Positions 47,901 to 56,994 of a DNA stretch of 62,585 nucleotides are shown here, piece by piece (position 1 is the first letter of the stretch; every line of letters begins with the position of its first letter). The translations under genes and the position numbers were made by a program. The notes under the pieces were generated by a model. The model was given only the letters and a program-made list of their open reading frames with translations, was not told where the DNA came from and ran no database searches. The stretch comes from an uncultured Clostridia bacterium (GTDB lineage Bacteria; Bacillota; DTU025; MWDF01). The stretch is taken from positions 1-62,585 of the forward strand of contig CAZHKX010000001.1 in assembly GCA_964532805.1 (NCBI GenBank), read 5' to 3'.

Positions 47901-49435
47901 AAGCGCCTTGGCTCATATATACCGAGCCATTCATCATACAGCTGCCTTAGCTCGCCGCTTTCCTTAAGGCCCTTTAGCCCTTCATCTATTATGTTAACCA
48001 GGGCCTTGTTCCCCTTGTTCACCGCAATTGCATATCCTGAGCTCGAGAAGGATTTAGTCCCGACGATCAGGCCCTCGATTCCCCTCTCGTCTATGATGCT
48101 CCTCGCAACAGCACCGATCAGCAGCGCAAAATCGCCTTGGCCTGAGGAGAGCATGTTCAAAGCCTCTATATGAGATTCTGCAAGGATTAAGGAAACATTC
48201 AGGTCGCTGCTTCTCAGCAGTTCGTGGGAGATGCTGTTTGCCACCACTATGACCTTCTTCCCGCGAAGGTCCTCAAGATCGTCTGGAAGCGAGATGCCTG
48301 ACTTCCTTGCTATCGCTACCTGGCTGCTCTCGCCCAGCGAAGCAGAGAACTCGTAGTCCAGGTCCCTCTCGGGCGAGTACAAGATCCCCAGCACCGCATC
48401 CACCTTTCCCTGCTTAAGGCCATCCAGAAGGTTGGAGAAGCTGTCGAACCTGAATTCGATGTCAAGCCCTGTAGAATCGGCGACTGCTTTGATCACCTCA
48501 ACAAGGTAGCCAGCCGGGCGCCCCTGGCCATCTTCATACGAGAAAGGTGAATATTCCCTGCTGGCGCCTATTATCAATTCCCTGTCCGTTGGCAGTTCCA
48601 TCGATGCGAACCACTTTGAATGAAGGTAAGAATAGGTCCCGTCGGCAGTCAGTATCGCCAATCCTTCATTCAGTATTGCAAGGGTGTCCCTATCACCCTC
48701 CTTGACTGCAAAGCAGAAATCCTGCTTAAACTCCTCAATGGGCTGTTTAAGAACAGTAAGCCCTTTGATCTTCTTCTCATTGATAAGCCTTATGGCGACG
48801 AGCCTCTGCGCCACCACGGCATCATACAGGCCTTCGGAGAGATTCTGGAGCGCTTCGTCGAACGTAGCGGTGGTGGTGATCTTCACGCCGAAGTCGTGGC
48901 GACGAAGGAACTCCTCGGCATTGTCCCCCTTCATGACCCCTACTTCCTTGCCTCGGAGGTCCGCAATCGAGGATATGCCAGTAGCCCCCTCCCTCACAAC
49001 TATCGCTCCATAAAGTGACATGTATGGCACAGTGAAGTCAAATATTTTTTCCCTCTCCTGGGTGCGTCCCACCAAGGGTAATGCCTGCACTTCACCTTTT
49101 TCGAGCCACCCTCTAACATCCTCCCATATCCCGGTCCTGTACTGGACTTCCTTTCCCATGGCCTTTACCGCCTCTGAAAGAAGCTCAACCGAGAAGCCTG
49201 TGGCATTGCCGTTGTCATCTACCAGGCAGAATGGAGGATAGTCCACTTCGGATCCTGCTGTGATGACATCCGTAGCGGAGGCCGCCTGCGTAAGCAAGGT
49301 GGAAAGCGATATGGCGAATATCAGGCAATATGCGATCCAGCCATTATCCTTGGCGAAGACCCGACGGGCAATTCCACGAATAAAAGCAGCCAGGCGCATC
49401 GTTATCCCTCCAGCACGTTTCATCAAGCCTCGCAT
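44990..49435 (-). CDS. Hybrid sensor histidine kinase, BvgS-like (2x periplasmic SBP_bac_3/Venus-flytrap, TM, PAS x3, GAF-like, HisKA, HATPase, REC)
   Basis: Two family-3 solute-binding modules (DYPPFCLVDDNGNATGF... and EYSPFSYEDGQGRPAGY...), a TM segment, H-box IAHDYNNML, an ATPase G-boxes region, and C-terminal REC LLVEDEP...ISDLIMPEMNG. I recognise no Hpt domain. Confidence 0.9.
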   Translation of the reverse strand: MRGLMKRAGGITMRLAAFIRGIARRVFAKDNGWIAYCLIFAISLSTLLTQAASATDVITAGSEVDYPPFCLVDDNGNATGFSVELLSEAVKAMGKEVQYRTGIWEDVRGWLEKGEVQALPLVGRTQEREKIFDFTVPYMSLYGAIVVREGATGISSIADLRGKEVGVMKGDNAEEFLRRHDFGVKITTTATFDEALQNLSEGLYDAVVAQRLVAIRLINEKKIKGLTVLKQPIEEFKQDFCFAVKEGDRDTLAILNEGLAILTADGTYSYLHSKWFASMELPTDRELIIGASREYSPFSYEDGQGRPAGYLVEVIKAVADSTGLDIEFRFDSFSNLLDGLKQGKVDAVLGILYSPERDLDYEFSASLGESSQVAIARKSGISLPDDLEDLRGKKVIVVANSISHELLRSSDLNVSLILAESHIEALNMLSSGQGDFALLIGAVARSIIDERGIEGLIVGTKSFSSSGYAIAVNKGNKALVNIIDEGLKGLKESGELRQLYDEWLGIYEPRRFDAATLVRFALMGTLPFLVLGLLALAWVRTLRRQVEIRTEQLKASGKLFNDVIDSIAAPVFFRDSEGRYLGCNKSFERVIGLVADQIKGRKDDEITGGNLREVLTKDDTILSEQGAIPAYEASIGGPEGEEKSYLISKSVYRDDKGKALGIVGAMLEITDLKRIQGALEKQQKRMKQILDEFPSGICIVNGEYEVEYANPVMLRQFGEPAGKKCYQYLNEIEQKCTRCRHEMSIPGKIIRMGKYFERNRCYYDITDIPIVNEDGSVSSLEVYHDVTERKLSEDEITKNQSMLSETEAISHIGSWEWQKGSERMNCSDEVFRILGKLPAPDIAPFFKLAESFDSFTLDTVRSAFEQALASGDSMSLNLSVSQGEASGKMLLLRIQANRNLEGKITGLQGSLQDTTETMQMLNRITHMNRVLSSIRNIGKLLTKVKDADALIAEATRILVRDHGYADSLIVLRDDDGNSRAWSSGIKGGCLESLARRVVAGDYPECFERAQKAEEGIVVLDSAMEGCEGNEDMGGLCARLSYAGADYGYFVVISAHESLIDQEEMALFTEMASDISFGLHTIKNEEASRQMLEENQRLQELYAQSQKMESIGRLAEGIAHDYNNMLGVILGNSEIALEQAEANDEFHRSLEAIHEAALRASATTRQLFTFAGKQSISPEPIDFNELIGGKIEHCRGGMRKEIDFSWNPGSGTPLVMMDRQQAEQVLSDLCTRANKVISEEGRITISTSVRKVSNEVAASMGGVGAGDYLMITVEDSGKGLSGEELTSVFEPFASSTVNPAGSMDMAVLYGIVKQNGGFVEVESEPDKGSIFRVYLPKHKERTDTRNQADLLAPGGARKVILLVEDEPAILRLAKTMLERGGYEVVTADTPSRAIEVAKQRKDISLLISDLIMPEMNGSELAEAIKAVLPDISTMFISGHFPEAIEKRMSIDKGIGFLQKPFTMAQLHEKVEQVLSRGVEAGR

Positions 49436-49650
49436 GAAATCATGACTTTAATGATTAGACGGAGGCGCCCCTTTTTCCTTCACCCGGAGTCCTTTAAGCC
49501 CTTCGGGCGGCAATATGCAGTATCCCTGCGGAAATATTCATATTGTGCTTCCCTGCGCGCTGAAGGAATTGCATCTGCGGTTTAGAATATATAAATTTGT
49601 TTTATCGCTAACTAACTTGACAGATCCTTGCTGAAGGGGGCAGCTCCCTT

Positions 49651-50967
49651 ATGAAAAGAGGATACTCAGCCCTTGTCATCGCGTTATCGCTTCTAATAGT
49701 TGCTGCCGCCATCTTCATGAAGGCCGAGCAGTATGAGTCATCCTCGCTTCAGCAAGCCGCAGATGAGAGCTTCGGATTCAGGATAACCTGGGCCGACTAC
49801 TCAGGCAGGGGGGATACAATCTTCAGGATAGTCGACGCCTTCAACAAGTCGTCATCAGGCATCCTAGTGAACCTGGTCGGAGGCGATGAGGACACTCGGA
49901 AGATCACAGACCTTCTCGCAAGCGACAGGTCGATTCATGTATATGCCCTGCCCTACAGGCTGGTGATGTACTTCGCCGAGAAGGGGATGCTGGAGCCCCT
50001 GGACTCCGCCTTCGCTGGCGAGATGGGCTTCTTCCGCCCGGACATCCTCGGGCTCGGGTCGGTTGAAGGAAGGGCCTTTGGCATACCGTGGGTAAGCCAT
50101 TCCATAGCCCTCATATACAATCAGGGGCTTCTTGACAGGGCGGGCGTAGACCCGGAAAAGATAACCGACCTTGAATCCTTCATACGCGCCCTGGAGACCG
50201 TAGAATCCAGGACCGGAGCATATGGAGTCGGCCTTGTGGGTGCCGACCACAACGATGTCTCCTGGATGGTGAACCAGTTCATATACGGTTTCGGCGCGCG
50301 CCTTGTCAGCACTGACGGCAAAGACGTCCTGATAAATGACCCCAAGTCCAAGGCAGCGCTCCTTTTCTATAGGGACACGCTTGGAAAGCATGCGCAACCC
50401 TCCTGGCCCGACGACACCGGTGTGGAGGTAATGAAGCACTTCAGGGAAGGAAGGCTCGCCTTCGAGTTCCAGGGTTTATGGGGGCTGACTGACATAGAGA
50501 AGAACGGAAACCCGTTTGCCACCGGCATGATCACGCTTGACAGGATAGGGCTTTTCCCCGAGGTCGGCCCGATAATGCTTGCAGTGCCGGCAGGCCTGTC
50601 GGACAAGGACAGGGAGGCTGCATATGAGTTCATACGTTATATGATCTCCGAGCCCGCCCAGGAGATGGTCATGGACGGGGAGTACAGCCCGGAGCATGAT
50701 GCATTCTACCCCTTCCGGCTTCCCGCAAGGAAGGACATCGGCGAAAGCATCGTGCTGAGCAAGTACCCCCAGTACCTCCCTTTCCTATCCGGGTTTGAAA
50801 ACCCCAGCGTGGACGTCCCTATCCCCGCCTGGCAGATAGTGAAGGAGGAGGTATATGCACCAAGCCTTCATTCCTTCATGGCAGGCGAGATATCGGCAGA
50901 TGAGCTGCTGAGCAAGGTCGAATCCGAGGCTAGGAGGATAATCCAGAGCGAAGGCGACGCCCGATAG
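49651..50967 (+). CDS. Extracellular solute-binding protein (family 1-like), membrane-anchored, orphan
   Basis: N-terminal anchor ALVIALSLLIVAAAIF. Sugar-type SBP features (YALPY, GIPW, WPDD, FQGLWG). No ABC permease or ATPase gene is adjacent. Confidence 0.75.
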   Translation: MKRGYSALVIALSLLIVAAAIFMKAEQYESSSLQQAADESFGFRITWADYSGRGDTIFRIVDAFNKSSSGILVNLVGGDEDTRKITDLLASDRSIHVYALPYRLVMYFAEKGMLEPLDSAFAGEMGFFRPDILGLGSVEGRAFGIPWVSHSIALIYNQGLLDRAGVDPEKITDLESFIRALETVESRTGAYGVGLVGADHNDVSWMVNQFIYGFGARLVSTDGKDVLINDPKSKAALLFYRDTLGKHAQPSWPDDTGVEVMKHFREGRLAFEFQGLWGLTDIEKNGNPFATGMITLDRIGLFPEVGPIMLAVPAGLSDKDREAAYEFIRYMISEPAQEMVMDGEYSPEHDAFYPFRLPARKDIGESIVLSKYPQYLPFLSGFENPSVDVPIPAWQIVKEEVYAPSLHSFMAGEISADELLSKVESEARRIIQSEGDAR

Positions 50968-50976
50968 GAGGACAAC

Positions 50977-52050
50977 ATGGACTGTAAGATACTGGTAGTC
51001 GACGACTCCTTCGTGGATATGGCGCTTATCACCAGCATGCTAAGCGACTATATCACCTATACCGCCGCAAACGGCAAGATAGCACTTGACGTCATAAGGG
51101 AGAATCCCGACATCGACGTTATGATACTCGACATCAACATGCCGGTGATGAACGGTTTCGAGGTGCTTGAGGCCTTGAAGAAGATGCCGGAAGGCAGCAA
51201 GCTGATGACCCTTGTGCTTACCAACTACGACGAGCTCGAAAACGAGATCAGGGGACTTGAGCTCGGAGCGGTAGATTACATCAGGAAGCCGCTGAACATC
51301 GAATCGCTCAGGAAGCGCATTGAGATACACGCGAAGCTTAAGACGGCCTCTAAGACGATGGAGGCGCTGAACCTGGAGCTTGAGCGGAAGGTGCAGCAGA
51401 GGACCCAGGAGCTGATCCTTACTAGAGACATAACGATACACGCCTTGATCGGGCTTCTTGAGATAAGGGACATTGAGTCCAGCAACCATACCAAAAGGAC
51501 GCAGAAGATAATCAGGGCACTGTGCGAACAGCTAAAATCTACTGGAGAGTACGACATCCTCACCGAAGGCTACATGAAGGAGATCTATGAGACCGCCCCT
51601 CTTCACGACATCGGCAAGGTTGGCATCCCGGACGGTATACTGCTGAAGCCAGCCAAGCTGACAGCAGAGGAGTTCGAGTTCATGAAGAAGCACACCACCT
51701 TCGGCGTGAACGCGCTCATGTTCGCAGTCGCCCATGACACCATGCCGTCATTCATCAAGACGGCGATAGAATGCATCGGGACTCATCATGAGAAGTACGA
51801 CGGCTCTGGCTACCCTTCAGGGTTGAGCGGGGAGACCATCCCCCTTGCAGGAAGGCTGATGGCCATTGCAGACGTCTACGACGCCCTTATCAGCAAGAGA
51901 GTCTATAAGGAGGCTTTCAGCCACCAGGTAGCCAAGGAGACGATACTCAAAGAGCGCGGAAGGCATTTCGACCCCAAGATTGTGGATGCATTCATGGCTA
52001 TAGAGGAGAAGATCCTTGCAATCGTCGCTCAGTACAATCAGGCCTCATAG
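50977..52050 (+). CDS. Response regulator with HD-GYP output domain (RpfG-like)
   Basis: REC (ILVVDDS...[14 protein letters not shown]...K) followed by [17 protein letters not shown] and [20 protein letters not shown]. Confidence 0.9.
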   Translation: MDCKILVVDDSFVDMALITSMLSDYITYTAANGKIALDVIRENPDIDVMILDINMPVMNGFEVLEALKKMPEGSKLMTLVLTNYDELENEIRGLELGAVDYIRKPLNIESLRKRIEIHAKLKTASKTMEALNLELERKVQQRTQELILTRDITIHALIGLLEIRDIESSNHTKRTQKIIRALCEQLKSTGEYDILTEGYMKEIYETAPLHDIGKVGIPDGILLKPAKLTAEEFEFMKKHTTFGVNALMFAVAHDTMPSFIKTAIECIGTHHEKYDGSGYPSGLSGETIPLAGRLMAIADVYDALISKRVYKEAFSHQVAKETILKERGRHFDPKIVDAFMAIEEKILAIVAQYNQAS

Positions 52051-52064
52051 GAAGGAGTGGTCAG

Positions 52065-54998
52065 ATGGGCGGCTTCAGCAGGAGGACCGCACTTGCCCTT
52101 CTACTTATTATCGGCCTGTTCACGTTGCGGGCTCAGGCTGATGCAGTAAAGCTAACGGAGGAGCAGGCTGCCTTCATAGCGCAGCACCCTGTCATAAGGC
52201 TAGGTGTCGATCCCAAGTTCATCCCTTATGAGTTCTTCGATTCGGACGGGGTCTATAAGGGGATAGCTGCGGACTACATCGCCCTCATCGAGGAGCGGAC
52301 CGGCCTAAACTTCGAAGTCGCCGAGGGGCTCACCTGGACTGAAGCCTATGAGAGCGCGGCACGAGGCGAGCTGGATGCCCTTCCATGCATATCTAAGACT
52401 TCGGAACGGGAGCGCTTCTTCCTTTTCTCAGAGCCCTACTATACCTTCCAAAGGGTTATCTTCGTCAAAAGCGACGACACCTCCATAAAGGGGCTGACAA
52501 ACCTCTCCGGCAAATCTGTCGCAGTGCAGAAGAACAGCTCACATCACAGCTACATGCTGCAATTCTTTGATGTGAAGCTCTCTTTGTACGACACCGTGGA
52601 GGAAGCTCTTCTTGCCGTATCCAACGACAGGGAGGAAGCGTATATCGGAAACCTGGCGACTGCTGTGTACCTTGCCAAGCAGAGCGGCATAACAAACCTG
52701 AAATACATAAGCCTGGACAGCGACCAGAAGCAGACCCTGCACTTTGCCGTGAGCAAAGACATGCCGATTCTTATCGAAATAATCAACGCAGCGCTTGAGG
52801 ATATCACCGTAGAAGAGCGCATGGCGATAAACAACCGCTGGATTGTGACTGAAAGCCACACCGACCTTTCTAGGATACTGAGGATCATCGCCGTCATATC
52901 CCTTGTAATCGGCCTGATCCTCCTTGTATCGCTTTACTGGATATTGAAGCTGAAGGCCGAGATAAAGGCAAGAAAGAAGCTCGAAGGCGAGCTCATCGTG
53001 GCGCGTGAGGCGGCTGAGAGGGCGAACAGCGTCAAGTCCGCCTTCCTTGCCAGGATGTCCCATGAGATAAGGACTCCGCTTAACGCAATAACGGGAATGA
53101 GCTACATCTTGAAGAAGACAGAGCTGCTGCCGGCGCAGAAGAGGTATCTGGACAGGATTCTGTCCGCTTCCAGGGACATGCTCGCGATAATAAACGACAT
53201 TTTGGACTTCTCCAAGATTGAGTCTGGGAAGATTGAACTCGAGCGAGTCTCCTTCAGCCTGGACAGTCTTCTCAAGGACGTGCTGAACATCATCTCCTTC
53301 AAGGCGGAGGAGCAGAATGTGAACCTTACGCTGCAAGTGGACCCCGCAATGCCCGACAGGTACTTTGGAGATCCGAAACGCATCAGGCAGATCTTGTTGA
53401 ACCTGGCCAGCAATGCAGTGAAGTTCACAAACGACGGGGTGGTATCAATCTCCGTATCCCGCAGGTCTCATGAAGGCGATATGCATGAGCTCGAGATGAA
53501 AGTGAAGGACAGCGGGATAGGTATGACTGATGAGCAGATGAAGAACCTGTTCGTGCCATTCACCCAGGCGGATGCGAGCATCGAAAGAAGGTTCGGAGGC
53601 ACGGGGCTTGGCCTTTCCATCGTCAAGGGGTTCGTGGACCTGATGGGCGGGGCTGTGGCGGTAGAAAGCACGCCCGGAGAGGGTTCCACCTTCACGATCA
53701 TTATTAAGCTGGAGGCGGATCCCGCTGTCGAAGAGCGTGCGAGGGAGTCGGCGATAGCTAGCTGCTTCAAAGGGCTAAGGGCAATAGCGCTGGAAAGCAG
53801 CAACCTTCATTCGGATTTGCTTAGAAGCTACCTGAAGTCCTTCGGCATAGAAGCCGACATCTCGGGCGAAGAGGCCTCGGCCCTGCGTATGATGCAGGAA
53901 GCTTTGAAAGCAGGCGGCAAGGCTTATGACATTGTGATAATTGATGACGAATCCGCTGCGGGCGGAGGCTTAAACTTCGCTGTCAAGGCCAGGTCCCTGG
54001 ATTGGGGTACAGCGCCTCCGAAGACGCTTTTGATCCTTCCTATGTCAAATGAGGCACTTCTGGACAAGCTGGACCAGTCCGGAATCGATTTCGGGATAAC
54101 GAAGCCGATCATCCCTTCGGTCCTTTTCAATACGCTTGCTGAGATGTTCAAGAAGGACATCCTAGACTTCCACGCAGGCGCCGACAATCAAGGCCCAGAG
54201 GAGATCAAGCTTGAACGCCCTTACCGCATCCTCGTGGTGGAGGACAACAAGACGAACCAGTTCATCGCAAAATCCATGCTCGAGCAATACGGTTTCGAAG
54301 TGATGCTCGCAGATGACGGTAAGGCAGGCTATGATAAGTACCTCTCAGAGCAGAGCGTAATCGATGCCGTGTTAATGGACCTGCACATGCCGGTTATGAA
54401 CGGCTATGATTCCGCAGCCCTCATAAGAAAGGCCGATCCGACGGTGCCAATCATCGCGATGACCGCCGACGCAATCACAGGCGTCGAGGAGAAGTGCAGG
54501 CAATCGGGCATGGAGGCCTACATCTCGAAGCCTTTCGAGCCTGAGATTTTCATCAGGACCATACTGGAGCAGATCAGAAGGAGGCAGAGCTCTTCATTCT
54601 CAGAAAGGCAGATGCTTAACTCCGACAGCACACCCGCTCAAAGCCATGATGCTGCGGAACTAGTATTGGACAAGGAAGCCGGCCTCAAGATGGTGGGGGG
54701 CAATCCGCAGATCTTCACCCTTATCCTTGGCGAGTTCCTTAAAGAGAACGCCTTATTGGAGTCGGACATCAATTCTGCCATAGAAAGCGGCAACTATGCC
54801 CAGGCTACACAGCTTGTTCATAAGGTGAAGGGCAGCTCTGGGAGCATCGGGGCGAAAGCTCTGTACAATACGGCAGTCAGCTTCCAGAAGGCGCTGAAGG
54901 AGGCGGACAAGCCGGCTATTGCCACGCTTCATGCGCAGTTCGTCCGAAGGCTTGTGAAGCTTCTTGCCGCAATCAAGGAGGAGCTGGAAAGTAAGTGA
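52065..54998 (+). CDS. Hybrid sensor histidine kinase (SBP_bac_3, TM, HisKA, HATPase, degenerate REC-like, REC, Hpt)
   Basis: Periplasmic family-3 SBP module, H-box MSHEIRTPLNAI, G-box GTGLGLSIV, REC ILVVEDNKTNQ...LMDLHMPVMNG, and C-terminal Hpt HKVKGSSGSIGA. Confidence 0.9.
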   Translation: MGGFSRRTALALLLIIGLFTLRAQADAVKLTEEQAAFIAQHPVIRLGVDPKFIPYEFFDSDGVYKGIAADYIALIEERTGLNFEVAEGLTWTEAYESAARGELDALPCISKTSERERFFLFSEPYYTFQRVIFVKSDDTSIKGLTNLSGKSVAVQKNSSHHSYMLQFFDVKLSLYDTVEEALLAVSNDREEAYIGNLATAVYLAKQSGITNLKYISLDSDQKQTLHFAVSKDMPILIEIINAALEDITVEERMAINNRWIVTESHTDLSRILRIIAVISLVIGLILLVSLYWILKLKAEIKARKKLEGELIVAREAAERANSVKSAFLARMSHEIRTPLNAITGMSYILKKTELLPAQKRYLDRILSASRDMLAIINDILDFSKIESGKIELERVSFSLDSLLKDVLNIISFKAEEQNVNLTLQVDPAMPDRYFGDPKRIRQILLNLASNAVKFTNDGVVSISVSRRSHEGDMHELEMKVKDSGIGMTDEQMKNLFVPFTQADASIERRFGGTGLGLSIVKGFVDLMGGAVAVESTPGEGSTFTIIIKLEADPAVEERARESAIASCFKGLRAIALESSNLHSDLLRSYLKSFGIEADISGEEASALRMMQEALKAGGKAYDIVIIDDESAAGGGLNFAVKARSLDWGTAPPKTLLILPMSNEALLDKLDQSGIDFGITKPIIPSVLFNTLAEMFKKDILDFHAGADNQGPEEIKLERPYRILVVEDNKTNQFIAKSMLEQYGFEVMLADDGKAGYDKYLSEQSVIDAVLMDLHMPVMNGYDSAALIRKADPTVPIIAMTADAITGVEEKCRQSGMEAYISKPFEPEIFIRTILEQIRRRQSSSFSERQMLNSDSTPAQSHDAAELVLDKEAGLKMVGGNPQIFTLILGEFLKENALLESDINSAIESGNYAQATQLVHKVKGSSGSIGAKALYNTAVSFQKALKEADKPAIATLHAQFVRRLVKLLAAIKEELESK

Positions 54999-55008
54999 GA
55001 AGCATAGC

Positions 55009-55028
55009 GGGGGGCTGTGAAGCCCCCC
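55009..55028. terminator. Stem-loop between convergent genes
   Basis: GGGGGGCT-GTGA-AGCCCCCC, a perfect 8-bp stem with a GNRA-like loop, immediately after the kinase stop. Confidence 0.55.
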
Positions 55029-55047
55029 ACTCATCGATTTCACTCAG

Positions 55048-56937
55048 CTATCTCTGTGATTTCAGATCGGGCACCTGTACCGCTGACTTGCCGAACCTTG
55101 AAGTTGAGCTAATATCCACATCGAACAGGTACATCTCCAGCACATTGCTCCCTCTGAAAAGACCGAACTCCCCTATCGTGACTGGTTCCGAGCCATAATA
55201 ATCCCCTGCAGACACATCTCCATCCGCATCGATGTCGATCCATCCCCTAAGGTAATAAACACCTTGCAGGCTGGGAAACTCGAAGCTCTTGTCATCAGCG
55301 TTCCCGTAACCGTAATAGCCAGGAACGGGTTGACCAAGGGTATCTGCGATCCAGAAAACTGCCTTATCCATTGTAAGGCCCTCTAATGCAGCATATGCAT
55401 TGATTATCCCGGAACCATAATAGGAGTTCATTATGTCGCTCAGCTGAGCGGTCTTTCTCATCATATCTACCGCTGATCCAGCAGAGTAACCCTGCTGCAT
55501 TAACATCGCAATCAACGCTGACACATGAGGCGTAGCCTGCGATGTGCCGGACATTGAACCAGTATATCCCCTGTCTCTCGGAAAAAGGCTTCTGACTCCT
55601 AGCGTATAAGACCCACCTGGCGCCGCTAAATCTAGATCTGGGCTGAAATTCGAATATGATGCCCTCTCAAAGCTATCATCCACTGCAGAGACGGAAATGA
55701 CTCCAGGTAAGTTTGCTGGGAAGTTTATATCGCTGCTGTTTTGGTTTCCCGCTGCGGCAACTACGGCTATGCCTTTCGCTAGCGCGGCGTTAATGCTATT
55801 CGTTACCGTTATCCTTTCATCGGTTGTAGGGGAGCCACCTAGACTAAGGTTGATAATATCCGCTCCGTTGTCCGCTGCATATTGTATTGCAGAAGCAATC
55901 TGCTCATAACTTCCATATCCATCATCTTTCAAGCCCCGCAAAGGCATTATCGTTATCCCGCCCAGGTTCATTCCCGCCATGTAGCTGTTGTTGTCGGTGA
56001 CTGCACCGATGATGCCTGCGACATGAGTGCCATGCGGATAATCAGCCTCGCCTGGCAGATATGGGCTTCCAGTGAAGTCAACCAAGTCATCGACCTGTCC
56101 CATAAGGTCCGGATGCTCCACGTCCACCCTTGTATCAATAACAGCGACTGTAACATTCGGCGAGAGGAAGTCGCCGCCCCAGACGAATGGCATCGTGGTT
56201 GCAAAGAGGTTCCACTGATGGTCTCCGAAGTCATCGTCATCAGGTATGGAGTAATAGCTTGCGTAAAGGTAACCGTTAGGCTCGGCGTAGTCCGCCCAAG
56301 GCTCCATTGCGACTTCCGCCGCGAACTCGTCCGCGAACCTGCCCTTAGGCACCTTCATTATTATCACGCCCAGCTTAGGGTTGCTTCTGAGCACCGCAGA
56401 GCCCTTCTTCAGCGCGAAGCCCTCCATGGTCGGGAAATTAGCCCCATGCCTGGGTGCGACGATGATCTCCGCTGGCTCGGGATATGACTTCGGGCTTGAA
56501 ACAACTGTCCTTGAGCCAAGCGGCAGCTTAGAGCCAGCAGGAGGCGTAAGGTTCATCAGCGTCGCATATCCCGATATCGTGTTGACCGACGTTTCCTGCA
56601 CCATGTAGACATTCAGCAGGTGGCTTCCGCCGGCACTTCTCGTGAAAGTCCTTGTCTCCTGGTAATAGTCTGCATGGCTGAAGTTGACCGTAATCACCGA
56701 TCCGGCCTTCAACCCTGTCAAAGTCAGGGAGTACCCTCCGCTGACATTCGTGCTCGTGGTCACCTGCCCTGGCTTGCCCTGAACCTCAGCTCTGACTGCC
56801 ACGCCCGATATGCCGAAGTCGGTCGCCTGGTCCTTGACTGCCCCTCCTACATTAAGGCTGAAGGTTACCGTCTCATTGCAGCCGGCCATCAGCACAAGCG
56901 CAGCTGCGGCCAACAGTGCCAATATCCTCTTGCTCAT
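55048..56937 (-). CDS. S8 subtilisin-family serine peptidase lipoprotein
   Basis: Lipobox LMAGC, a CarboxypepD_reg-like N-domain, an I9-like propeptide, and the catalytic triad contexts VAVIDTRVD, HGTHVAGII and GTSQATPHVS. Confidence 0.88.
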   Translation of the reverse strand: MSKRILALLAAAALVLMAGCNETVTFSLNVGGAVKDQATDFGISGVAVRAEVQGKPGQVTTSTNVSGGYSLTLTGLKAGSVITVNFSHADYYQETRTFTRSAGGSHLLNVYMVQETSVNTISGYATLMNLTPPAGSKLPLGSRTVVSSPKSYPEPAEIIVAPRHGANFPTMEGFALKKGSAVLRSNPKLGVIIMKVPKGRFADEFAAEVAMEPWADYAEPNGYLYASYYSIPDDDDFGDHQWNLFATTMPFVWGGDFLSPNVTVAVIDTRVDVEHPDLMGQVDDLVDFTGSPYLPGEADYPHGTHVAGIIGAVTDNNSYMAGMNLGGITIMPLRGLKDDGYGSYEQIASAIQYAADNGADIINLSLGGSPTTDERITVTNSINAALAKGIAVVAAAGNQNSSDINFPANLPGVISVSAVDDSFERASYSNFSPDLDLAAPGGSYTLGVRSLFPRDRGYTGSMSGTSQATPHVSALIAMLMQQGYSAGSAVDMMRKTAQLSDIMNSYYGSGIINAYAALEGLTMDKAVFWIADTLGQPVPGYYGYGNADDKSFEFPSLQGVYYLRGWIDIDADGDVSAGDYYGSEPVTIGEFGLFRGSNVLEMYLFDVDISSTSRFGKSAVQVPDLKSQR

Positions 56938-56994
56938 CTCTCAGTTCACCGCCTTCATGGCTTTCCGACGGGCACATGCCGCCAATTGTTCATG

